Of a stretch of 45,580 nt of DNA, positions 36,065 through 45,580 are shown piece after piece. This DNA comes from Macrostomum lignano (taxonomy: Eukaryota), in the NCBI GenBank assembly GCA_002269645.1, contig NIVC01002354.1, positions 1 through 45,580 of the forward strand, written 5' to 3'. The notes under the pieces were generated by a model that saw only the letters and a program-made list of their open reading frames with translations, searched no databases and was not told where the DNA came from. The first letter of the stretch is position 1. Every line of letters begins with the position of its first letter. Both the position numbers and the translations under genes were made by a program.

Positions 36065-37352
36065 TACAATTTATTGCAAACAAACTCTACAAAATACATG
36101 TTGTCAAGAGTAACGTAAGTGATAAACAAATAAACCCTTGAAAATAATATTAACTATGTTGTAGAATTATAGAGTGTAACATTATAAGATAGTTAAAGTT
36201 AATAAAATATATTACTATAGCTTTTCTATCATTTTCATTAGACTCATTTTAGGTGAATTAGGTCGTAATTAAACTTATTGTTTTAACAAATCATTTTATT
36301 AAAAATAAAGCTATAGAAAATAGTTTGTGCTTTATTAGACTTTTTTACCTTTTAAAAACTTGAATAAATTTATTTTATAGCTTTATTGCTTTCAAATTGC
36401 CAAAAAACGAATTTTCATAAAACTTGCCCTCGATTTTTGGATTTCACCTTAGATAAAGATATTATATTTACAAAAAAAATAAATGAATATTAATGCATGA
36501 ACAAACAACAAGTAGGTTTTATTGTTATCCTTTTATCTTTTTTATCTGTCCTTTTCTGTCTGCCCCACTTTTCATGCAAAAATATCAATTTTTGTTATAC
36601 ATTACAGCTAAAGTTACGGCAAATTACGGTTATGGACTTTTTAAGCCCGTAATGACAGCAAAATTCAGCTATGGAAGTTGCTTCTTTCTTACGGCTACGG
36701 TTATGGTTAGTTAAGGAGGTCAAAACTCATGGCGGCAGAATACTAATGTATTGAATTTTGGAATAATAAAATTAAAATCAAGTTTTGATCTATCATTATC
36801 ATTAAAAGAAACATAGATAGAAATACAAACCAAGTTAGACATTAGCACTGAAAACAATTTTTTTTACATAAAGTTAAGACATAATGATACTATAAAAAAA
36901 GCCAGAACTGTTTATTAGGCCTATGCCTACAATAAACTAAACTTGAAAAATGAAGAACCTACTTTACTTTTATTGTTCAAGCTATAACTACAGTCTACAT
37001 TACATTTAAAAATTAAATTAAATTAAAAATACACTTTTAACATGTTGTCAAAAGTGGTAGCAAAAAAAACACAAGTGAAAGTTGGTTGATTCTTACCTTG
37101 TAGTGCTGAAATAAATGAAGCTACCTCACAACAAGAGTGGGATGGCTAGAATAAGTAGCTCGTATGTAGCTTGTAAGTTTGTCACTTATAATCGTCCGTT
37201 ATGTGTTTTGTGGTAGTGGGGGCTGGGGGTATTGAGGTGGGGGTGGAGAAAGTTTTGGTGGATGGATAATTGACGCATTTGTTTCCCCATTGATATTCGC
37301 ATTGATATTCGAATTTTAACAAAAGCAAAATACTAAAAGCAACCCGTAGCAT

Positions 37353-38585
37353 GAAACTTTACACAGAGTAAACTGCAACCGTGAAACGACTATTGGTCAA
37401 GTTTCAGCTCGATATGTAACTTTGGCTCTGAGCAGGAGCGATTTTCGATGTGTTCCATTTAAAATACATGTGATTCCAAAATTCATATTGATATTCGAGT
37501 ACAGGTACTTCTGCTTCACTGATCTTGACGAAACTTTACACAGAGTAAACTGCAACCGTGAAACGACTATTGGTCAAGTTTCAGCTCGATATGTAACTTT
37601 GGCTCTGAGCAGGAGCGATTTTCGATGTGTTCCATTTAAAATACATGTGATTCCAAAATTCATATTGATATTCGAGTACAGGTACTTCTGCTTCACTGAT
37701 CTTGACGAAACTTTACACAGAGTAAACTGCAACCGTGAAACGAGTATTGGTTAAGTTTCAGCTCGATATGTAACTTTGGCTCTGAGCAGGAGCGATTTTC
37801 GATGTGTTCCATTTAAAATACATGTGATTCCAAAATTCATATTGATATTCGAGTACAGGTACTTCTGCTTCACTGATCTTGACGAAACTTTACACAGAGT
37901 AAACTGCAACCGTGAAACGACTATTGGTCAAGTTTCAGCTCGATATGTAACTTTGGCTCTGAGCAGGAGCGATTTTCGATGTGTTCCATTTAAAATACAT
38001 GTGATTCCAAAATTCATATTGATATTCGAGTACAGGTACTTCTGCTTCACTGATCTTGACGAAACTTTACACAGAGTAAACTGCAACCGTGAAACGACTA
38101 TTGGTCAAGTTTCAGCTCGATATGTAACTTTGGCTCTGAGCAGGAGCGATTTTCGATGTGTTCCATTTAAAATACATGTGATTCCAAAATTCATATTGAT
38201 ATTCGAGTACAGGTACTTCTGCTTCACTGATCTTGACGAAACTTTACACAGAGTAAACTGCAACCGTGAAACGACTATTGGTCAAGTTTCAGCTCGATAT
38301 GTAACTTTGGCTCTGAGCGGGAGCGATTTTCGATGTGTTCCATTAATACATGTGATTCCAAAATTCATATTAATATTCGAGTACAGGTACTTCTGCTTCA
38401 CTGATCTTGACGAAACTTTACACAGAGTAAACTGCAACCGTGAAACGACTATTGGTCAAGTTTCAGCTCGATATGTAACTTTGGCTCTGAGCAGGAGCGA
38501 TTTTCGATGTGTTCCATTTAAAATACATGTGATTCCAAAATTCATATTGATATTCGAGTACAGGTACTTCTGATTCACTGATCTT
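37353..38585. repeat. 177-bp tandem array, about 7 copies
   Basis: Units start at 37353, 37530, 37707 and onward. The unit derives from the inner part of the TIR. Confidence 0.95.
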
Positions 38586-38923
38586 CCCGTACAACAATCC
38601 GACGTCGCACCGACCTCTGAACCGACGTCGTACGACGTCTATGTAACATTACGTGTTTCCTATTGGTCGGACGTCGGGCCGACGTCGAAGTCGTAGTCCA
38701 AAAATTTATTTCGCGCTTCTTTAACATTTATTTTCGCGGGATGAACTGGCAAGCAATACTGTTATGCTTAATTTAATTATTTAAGGCGAATAACGTGAAT
38801 TAAGGCGAATTTAATTTTTCGACTACGACTTCGACGTCAGCCCGACGTCCGACCAATAGGAAACACGTAATGTTACATAGACGTCGTACGACGTCGGTCA
38901 GATACGTCGGATTGTTGTACGGG
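38586..38923. mobile_element. CCC-terminal (EnSpm-type) MITE, 338 bp
   Basis: TIRs CCCGTACAACAATCCGACGT, with arms pairing over about 120 bp. 3-bp TSD CTT inside the last 177-bp unit. Confidence 0.85.
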
Positions 38924-38935
38924 CTTGACGAAACT

Positions 38936-39722
38936 GGGAATGGAGACGATGTGCGCCGTGGTCCATTCGTTTGGCGCCACCTCACCGGAAAGCACGCGGT
39001 TCATCACTCTGGCGACCTCAGTGGCCACGCAGTGGATCCGCAGCGCCTCGGTGGGCTCGTCCGGACCAAGCGCTTTGCCGCCCGGCGACTGCCGAGCGAA
39101 CTTCACAACGTCGGCTGTGCTGACTGGGGCAACGTTGAAGCTCTCCTCCGCCGGCAACGGCGTCTCCGGCGGCAGCCTCAGATTTTCTGGAAGCGGAGGG
39201 GGCAGCGCGTTGACAATGGCGGCGAAGAACTCGCGCAGCTCGTTCCTGCGCTCATCCGGAATGTCGCCTGCCAGGTTGAGCGCGATGCGCCGCTTTCGCC
39301 CCGTCAGAGTGTTGATGACGGACCAGGCCACGCGCCCTCTGGGTCCCGAAGCCGAAGGTCGCAGATGAGCAGCCGATGGTCGGACCGCAGAGCCAGCGGC
39401 GTAATGGTGCGGCAGTTGGTGACGCGGCGGCGCACACGAAAGCGCACAAGCACGTGGTCGAGCTGTGCCAGCCTCCGCGTAGCGTTCCGGCCGCGCGCGT
39501 TCCGCCGCCTCCGCTTGCAGCCCAGGAAGGTCGCGAGACTGCCCGGTGACTTGCGGAATCTGGTGTTGGCCGACACCATGTCCTGTCTCTCCAGGAAGTC
39601 CTCTAGCGCTCCGGTGTTGCCGTTCTCGAGCGCTGTCACAAACAGCGATCGCTCGGACCTACGCAGAACTGCGTTCAGGTCTCCGAGAATGACCACTGTG
39701 TCACGTTGCGCCATCTCCTCCA
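38936..39722 (-). pseudogene. Non-LTR retrotransposon (LINE) fragment: APE endonuclease C-terminal half plus pre-RT region
   Basis: VILGDLNA, QLDHVL and SDHRLL (APE), then GKALGPDE and EWTTAHIVSIP, the typical start of the LINE RT region. Internally deleted and frameshifted. Confidence 0.88.
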
Positions 39723-42148
39723 CCTGTACTCGAATATCAATATGAATTTTGGAATCACATGTATTTTAAATGGAACACATCGAAAATCGCTCCTGCTCAG
39801 AGCCAAAGTTACATATCGAGCTGAAACTTGACCAATAGTCGTTTCACGGTTGCAGTTTACTCTGTGTAAAGTTTCATGCTACGGGTTGCTTTTAGTATTT
39901 TGCTTTTGTTAAAATTCGAATATCAATGCGAATATCAATGGGGAAACAAATGCGTGGATAATTGATTGCTGTGAGGTGGGGCGGATTCCACGTTTGAATT
40001 CCCGCTGGCGTTGCGTTCGCACGAATAAATCCGGAGAGTCGCGCAGACGAATCACAACAAAGTTATTTCTCCTGTTTTACTCCGACTGCCGGGGTCCTCA
40101 AATTCCGGGGGGAGGGTAGTTGCGGTCGTAGGCGAGCGGTCTCAGCGGCACGGTCGTTCAGATAGTAGATACCGAAGATTCTGACACCGTAAATTTAATG
40201 TGTCGATTTGTTGAGCTGATTAAAATCAGTAGGGTAGAGCTGCCACCACCGTAATTTACGTATTATGGAACGAATAAGTCTCAGAGCTCTCTTTGAGTTG
40301 AGAACTTTGATTGTTTTACGCCCCGTGGGCAAATGACTCAAGATAGGCTATACGGCTTGATTGATCAACGAATAAATATGGTGTAATTTACTAGATATTT
40401 GGTTATTATTAAAACAGCAGGCTTGAAATAAATTGAAAGTCATTAAGATTACTATTGCTTTAATAAATTCACGACTGAGAAGATTTCACGGGCTCCGAGG
40501 CGCAAAAATCAACTAAATGAAATAGGCAAGTTACGTTAAGTTAGCTAGTGTTGGTCGCACGAAGAAGGCGAGTGCGGGAGAACACGTACGTAGAAAAGTT
40601 CGAGAGAGAGTGAGCGAGCGTTTATGGAGACACTAGCAATGACGAGCTGTTTAAATATTAGTGAAAAATGGCAAAACATCGGTTGGATCAACGGTTGGGC
40701 ATATGCTTCGGGACAAAAATTACAGCGCGTGGTCGAGGCACGGACGGCCTAAAAACTGAAGGAAACAGAAAAATTTTAACAAAAATGTCCGTTGGGAGGA
40801 GGATAAATTTCCAGAAAAAAGGATGCAAAACCTCCACGGTCCGTCGGCGGGATCAAACGGAGGAAACAAATCAAATAGTGGACAAAAAATAAAGAAAATT
40901 TTCCGCATGCATTTCAAAGTTATTAAATTTGTTATCAAAGTCAAAGTGGCATCCCACCTGCCATCAGTATCACCCTTTTGATGACCGCGTCTAGTCGGTA
41001 ACACAGCAGCTAAAATTATGCCGTTTAAAGGGTTTAAAATTATGCCGCCGGGAGCACGGCGAGCTGCGCTGCCGCCCGTCAGACCGTCTAGTATATTGAG
41101 GTGGGGACGGAGAAAAGAAAAAGGTTCACTTTCTTTGATGGGCAGTTTTGATCACTTTTGAATTTCCACCGGCGTTGCGTTCGCACGATTTAATCCAGAA
41201 GTTTTCGCGCAGACGAATCACAACGAAATTTTCTCCTGTTTTACTCCGACTGCCGGGGTCTTAAGTCCGGGGGGAGGGTAGGCGTGATCGTAGCTGAACG
41301 GTCGTTTAAATGGTAGACACTGAGATTTTTGGTACCGTAAATTAATGCGTTGATTTGTTGAGTTGATTTCTATCAGTAGGGTGGGTAGAGCTGCCACCAC
41401 CGTAATTTTTGCATTACGAAACGAATTAGTCTCAGAGCTTTCTTTGAGATGAGAACTGGATTGCTTTACGTCCCGTGGGCAAAGAACTCAAGATAGGCTA
41501 TGGGCTTAACTAATTAAATAAATTGAAATAAATATGGTTGACGTTTATTATTATTGATCGCTAGATATTACATTGCAAGTTAGTTAAGCAGGCGGATAAA
41601 TATTATTGGCGACGAACGAATTGAATGCGAGCAGAGCCGCGGTGCGCTAAGGTTAGCTAGGATGGAAGTTAGAGGCGGCACCAAAAGTAACACTAACGGA
41701 ACTAATTAATAGAACGAATGTACTATAACTAAACGCAGGAGGTAAAAGTGAACGAAGCAGAAGGAGAACCAAGGAAAAAGGGGAAGGGGAGGGACAAAAC
41801 GGCAACAGCGCTTGAAGCAATTAATGCTTTAAATATTGAAATAAACTCAAATTATCAACAGACGGGGCCAGGCTGGGACGGGTGATTGGACAGAGGGCTG
41901 GACAAGGGCATGGACAAAGAGTTGGGCAAAAAAACAACTTGACTCGTAATAGTTGCGAAATTAGTAAAATCAACAGTGGGAAGACAACAGTTCATCAGTG
42001 GGTAAAAAAGCAAGAACAAAACTGGGACGAATAAGCTCAACGGACGGGTTAATGGCGTTATGATCAAAATGGTTGCAAATTTGTAAAAACTTTCCGGGGT
42101 TGGCGTACTTGATAATTTCGTAGAACGTATTAATTGTCAGTAAAATAT

Positions 42149-43438
42149 TGTTGTGACCCGGGTCGGCTTGGGTGCCCAGTCCCGAGTACAATATATATTA
42201 TATGTGATATAACAGGCGTTGTGACGCTCTGTCTGTACTTTTATGAATACGACGAGCAGGCGTGGCGACGCTCTGCGATAATAATTCGATCCCTCTGGTG
42301 TTGTGACACTCAGAGTTCACGCTGCGGCTCGAGGTGTGGTGACACTCTCGAGTGCTTCTATTCTCTATACCGTAGGGCGTACGCAATATATATGGTAAAC
42401 GGTACCGTACTACAGAAGCTATATGGTCTCCCGGCGTTATGACGCTCTGGCAAGAATTCGGCCTAGCAAGCTTCCCGAAAAGAAAGGACTCAAACAGCAG
42501 GCGGCTTACCAGTGGCCAGATGACTGTTCACCGTTTATTATTCGCAGGTCTCAAGCGCAGTTTCCGACTTCTTCTTAATTCTCCAAGACTCTTCTCGATT
42601 AGGCTATTGTGTTTCTTTTATCCAAGTAGCTAATGTTGCTGTTTCTTTTATCGAAGTAGCTAATGTTGCTGTTTCTTTTATCCAAGTAGCTAATGTTGCT
42701 GTTTCTTTTATCGAAGTAGCTAATGTTGCTGTTTCTTTTATCGAAGTAGCTAATGTTGCTGTTTCTTTTATCGAAGTAGCTAATGTTGCTGTTTCTTTTA
42801 TCCAAGTAGCTAATGTTGCTGTTTCTTTTATCGAAGTAGCTAATGTTGCTGTTTCTTTTATCCAAGTAGCTAATGTTGCTGTTTCTTTTATCGAAGTAGC
42901 TAATGTTGCTGTTTCTTTTATCGAAGTAGCTAATGTTGCTGTTTCTTTTATCGAAGTAGCTAATGTTGCTGTTTCTTTTATCGAAGTAGCTAATGTTGCT
43001 GTTTCTTTTATCGAAGTAGCTAATGTTGCTGTTTCTTTTATCCAAGTAGCTAATGTTGCTGTTTCTTTTATCAGGTCTCGCGCTTGCACTCTCGGAGCAC
43101 ACCAAAACACAAAAAGCACGCAGGAGGTGGGCAAGAGCCAGAGTCGCACCATAAATAGCACCCAAACCCTGGGGCAGACGGCCCCACCGGCTAAGCTCAC
43201 CAAAACAAACCACGCCGGCCCAGCCAATCAAAACCCCGCCTAAGGGGGGAGGGGCTGCACCCGCGCCAAAGCTGGCCCGGCCGCAGCCAACCAGCCCTGA
43301 GCACGGGGCAGGGGCACGGCTGGGGAGGGGCACGCGCAAAGCCCGGCCGGCGGCCAAACCCTGCCACGCCCGCCAACCCCCCCAACCAGCCCCAAAGTGC
43401 AACGCGCCCTGCCAACTGACAAGGGCGCATGCACTACA
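42149..43438 (-). mobile_element. Solo LTR, family 2-related (1290 bp)
   Basis: Minus strand TGTAGTG...CACAACA with 4-bp TSD ATAT. GC-rich U3 with a CCAAT box (about 43224) and TATTTAT (about 43152). Confidence 0.8.
42611..43072. repeat. 30-bp minisatellite, about 15.4 copies, inside the LTR
   Basis: Unit GTTTCTTTTATC[C/G]AAGTAGCTAATGTTGCT. Confidence 0.97.
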
Positions 43439-43643
43439 ATATTGTCAACAGAAAGTAATAAAAAAACAGTGGCAACCCGCCTGCCACAATATAATCTGTA
43501 TGCCGCGCAATGTGGCAATATATTAAAACGAAATTATTCATGATTATTAATTTAACCAGCAGACCTTTATCGCTTTTAATAGCCTACATTACATCTATCT
43601 ATAATATGAATAGCAATAATCGACGAGTCAACCATATTTAAGC

Positions 43644-44342
43644 CAAGTACGACTTAAGTAGAAGGACGGGAAACCTCGTTTCTTAGAAAAGTTTTGAAGG
43701 CACTTTTTCCCGAAAAAATACACTACGGAGATAGGAAGTTTTCATTTTTTCAGCACAAAAATTATTATTGCGTTTGATAGGAGGCAGATCCAGTGTTGAT
43801 CTTTTGATATGTTGTGCCTTTTTTATTGCTCTATCGATATTTATAAAGCTTTTCGTTCAGAAAATCAGGATTCTATGTTAATTTTTTATTCTACGTATTT
43901 TTCCTGTATCTAAAAATCACAAAAATGCATGACACAGCTCCAATATTAGGTTTTATGAACCTATTTTATCATCTCTGTTACAAATATTTGCTACACAGTC
44001 GGGTAAGAATGACAAAATAGACTCATAAAACCAAAGAGCCGAGCCGTGGCATTCTAATGTATTTCAAGCACAAGACACGCGAAAATATACGTAGAATAAA
44101 AAATTAACATAGAATCCTGATTTTCTGAACGAAAAGCTTTATCAATATCGATAGAGCAATAAAAAAGGCACAACATATCAAAAGACGAACGCTGGATCTG
44201 CCTCATATCAAACGCAATAACAATTTTTGTGCTGAAAAAATGAAAACTTCCTATCTCCGTAGTGTATTTTTTTCGGGAAAAAGTGCCTTCAAAACTTTTC
44301 TAAGAAACGAGGTTTCCCGTCCTTCTACTTAAGTCGTCCTTG
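43644..44342. mobile_element. Foldback MITE (699 bp), P- or hAT-like
   Basis: About 260-bp TIRs starting CAAG. 8-bp TSD ATTTAAGC (43636-43643 / 44343-44350). Confidence 0.88.
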
Positions 44343-44555
44343 ATTTAAGCCCTATTGCTTATTCATTGTTATATTGTAGTATATTTAATTGTGATGAAAG
44401 TTGCTTGGATCTAAGGAATTCTAAACCTAGCAAGTCTGGAATAGACTCTCACAGAGAGGGAGGAAAAACCGATACCAAATAGGGCCGCCCAAAAAGGCTC
44501 CTCCCTTGCTTCCCAAATCCCTACCGTCTTTCCTGAGCCTGCTTGCCTAGGCCGT

Positions 44556-45210
44556 GTGACGTTGTCAGTTTAAGGTGGTCCCGCAAAAGGGCCGTTGGAC
44601 TACAATTTCACTACAATTTCTCATTTAATATTCTCCAATCGTGTATTCTCACGTTTACTTGTAGTAGCGCCCAACGAATCTGTATCAATTGCTAATCATT
44701 GCGTACATGGTAATCTTTGCGTACGTCTGTAGGGTCTCGCGCGATCAATAATTTCAGTTCTCGCTTTTCCCCCGCCAGCCAATGAAAACTCTCCGCATTT
44801 ATTATGCTTACCTCCCTGCGCTCCTTTATTAACCCCGCCTGGCGGCGGGCTTCGGGGTTTGCTCGCTCGCTCCGCTCTCTTTCCTTCGTGCTCTCCCTCT
44901 GGCCTTCGTTCGTTTCTCCTTCATCTCTCGCCACGGCCCCACCCTGTCTGGGCCAGACTTGTTTACGCATTCGTGCTCCACCTTGTACTGCCACGGGCTA
45001 GCGCCCAATCACGCCACTACTTGTCTACTTGCTACTCACCGCCACCACCGTACTCAGCGCCATCACTTGCTACTTTGCTTCACCATCATCCGGCCTTCAT
45101 CATCTGCTTGACTTCCTAACTTCAATTACATCGACCCGTTGTTGCAGCCGCCAGTGCCCCTGAACGCTATAACTCTTGTATTGACATTAATCATATTGAC
45201 AACGACAATA
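44556..45210 (+). mobile_element. LTR family 3, second copy, 3'-truncated
   Basis: Starts TGTGACG and is collinear with 10212-10790 apart from indels. No terminal CA or TSD found. Confidence 0.8.
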
Positions 45211-45580
45211 ACTTGATTCTTAAATCACTTTACCAGAAGTAGCCAGTACAAAAAAATAAATTCAAAGTGATTAATTAACCTCTGCAAACTTAGCGTTTTT
45301 TGTGACGCCAATAATTATCGTAGCATATCATAAGATGTGTTGTTGTTGTTATTGTTATACTATATATTTTGTACACAAGTAAATCTACGAGTATAGGTTG
45401 AAATATTTAGACAGATAGAAATAGAAACACGCAAGAGTATGATCTGCCAATAGAAAAACAGTGTTGATTCAGGATCCCTATGGAACTCGGTGTGCCGTCA
45501 ATACGTAATAATTAAAAGATATTTAATTATGAAATTCAATAGGCCAAAAGTTCGTCATAACACGACCACACACAGAATCT

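Larger units (their letters stand above)
16555..36745 (+). mobile_element. Outer hAT transposon expanded to 20.2 kb by nested insertions
   Basis: TIRs TAGTGTTCTGCCG / CGGCAGAATACTA (12 of 13 match). Identical 8-bp TSD ATGTATTG at 16547-16554 and 36746-36753. TTACGG/CTACGG subterminal repeats at both ends. Confidence 0.9.
37273..39955. mobile_element. Mutator/foldback-type element with cargo
   Basis: About 233-bp TIRs (37273-37503 vs 39723-39955). 9-bp TSD GGATAATTG (37264-37272 / 39956-39964). Confidence 0.88.
37233..40966 (-). mobile_element. Solo LTR, family 1 copy B (1042 bp net), interrupted by a MULE/foldback
   Basis: Plus-strand ends TGAGGTGGGG / CTGCCATCA with 4-bp TSD GTAT. The core at 40000-40365 is the reverse complement of 6620-6975. 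Confidence 0.82.
41097..43488 (-). mobile_element. Solo LTR, family 1 copy C (about 1098 bp net), interrupted by another solo LTR
   Basis: Plus-strand ends TGAGGTGGGG / CCTGCCACA with 4-bp TSD ATAT. Core homologous to copies A and B. Confidence 0.82.

Noticed and set aside
37422-38573. Repetitive ORFs and a possible hammerhead in the 177-bp unit (CTGATCTTGACGAAAC)
   Set aside because: The ORFs are a by-product of the period. The core reads CUGAUCU rather than CUGANGA and no flanking helices are evident.
38870-39745. 291-aa plus-strand ORF
   Set aside because: It is the antisense shadow of the GC-rich LINE fragment plus MITE sequence.
42599-43518. 207-aa and 267-aa repeat ORFs
   Set aside because: They are open only because the 30-bp unit lacks stops in two frames, and they lie within a TSD-bounded LTR.
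10212-45210. The two family 3 LTRs as the ends of one 35-kb retroelement
   Set aside because: The left copy already has its own TSD (CAAG) on both sides, so it is a solo LTR. No PBS, PPT or gag/pol lies between them.

Overview
Eukaryotic (probably invertebrate animal; species not determinable from sequence alone) transposon graveyard. No host housekeeping gene, rRNA, tRNA gene or CRISPR array was recognised. Most of the window resolves into nested mobile elements whose ends I confirmed by reading TIRs and target-site duplications (TSDs). From left to right: an unresolved GC-balanced block with a small coiled-coil/TM ORF; a Polinton penton-like fragment; an LTR flanked by PPT and PBS; a decayed Helitron interrupted by a solo LTR and a Crypton tyrosine-recombinase element; a Merlin transposase split by a THAP/P-like element; and a 20.2-kb hAT envelope (16555-36745). 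That envelope holds a 9.7-kb two-gene EnSpm/CACTA element, a mariner that itself contains an apparently intact hAT, and a MULE-type MITE. The right end has stacked solo LTRs, one carrying a MULE/foldback that holds a LINE fragment and a 177-bp array. Best leads: (i) the head-to-head EnSpm transposase plus an intact 6-exon accessory gene, with a transposase frameshift that falls on a correctly phased A_AAA_AAG heptamer; (ii) a three-copy solo-LTR family with an invariant internal tRNA-Leu-complementary motif and a structured, partly twister-like core; (iii) a Pack-MULE-like element. Protein family calls are motif recognition by eye; no database search was run.
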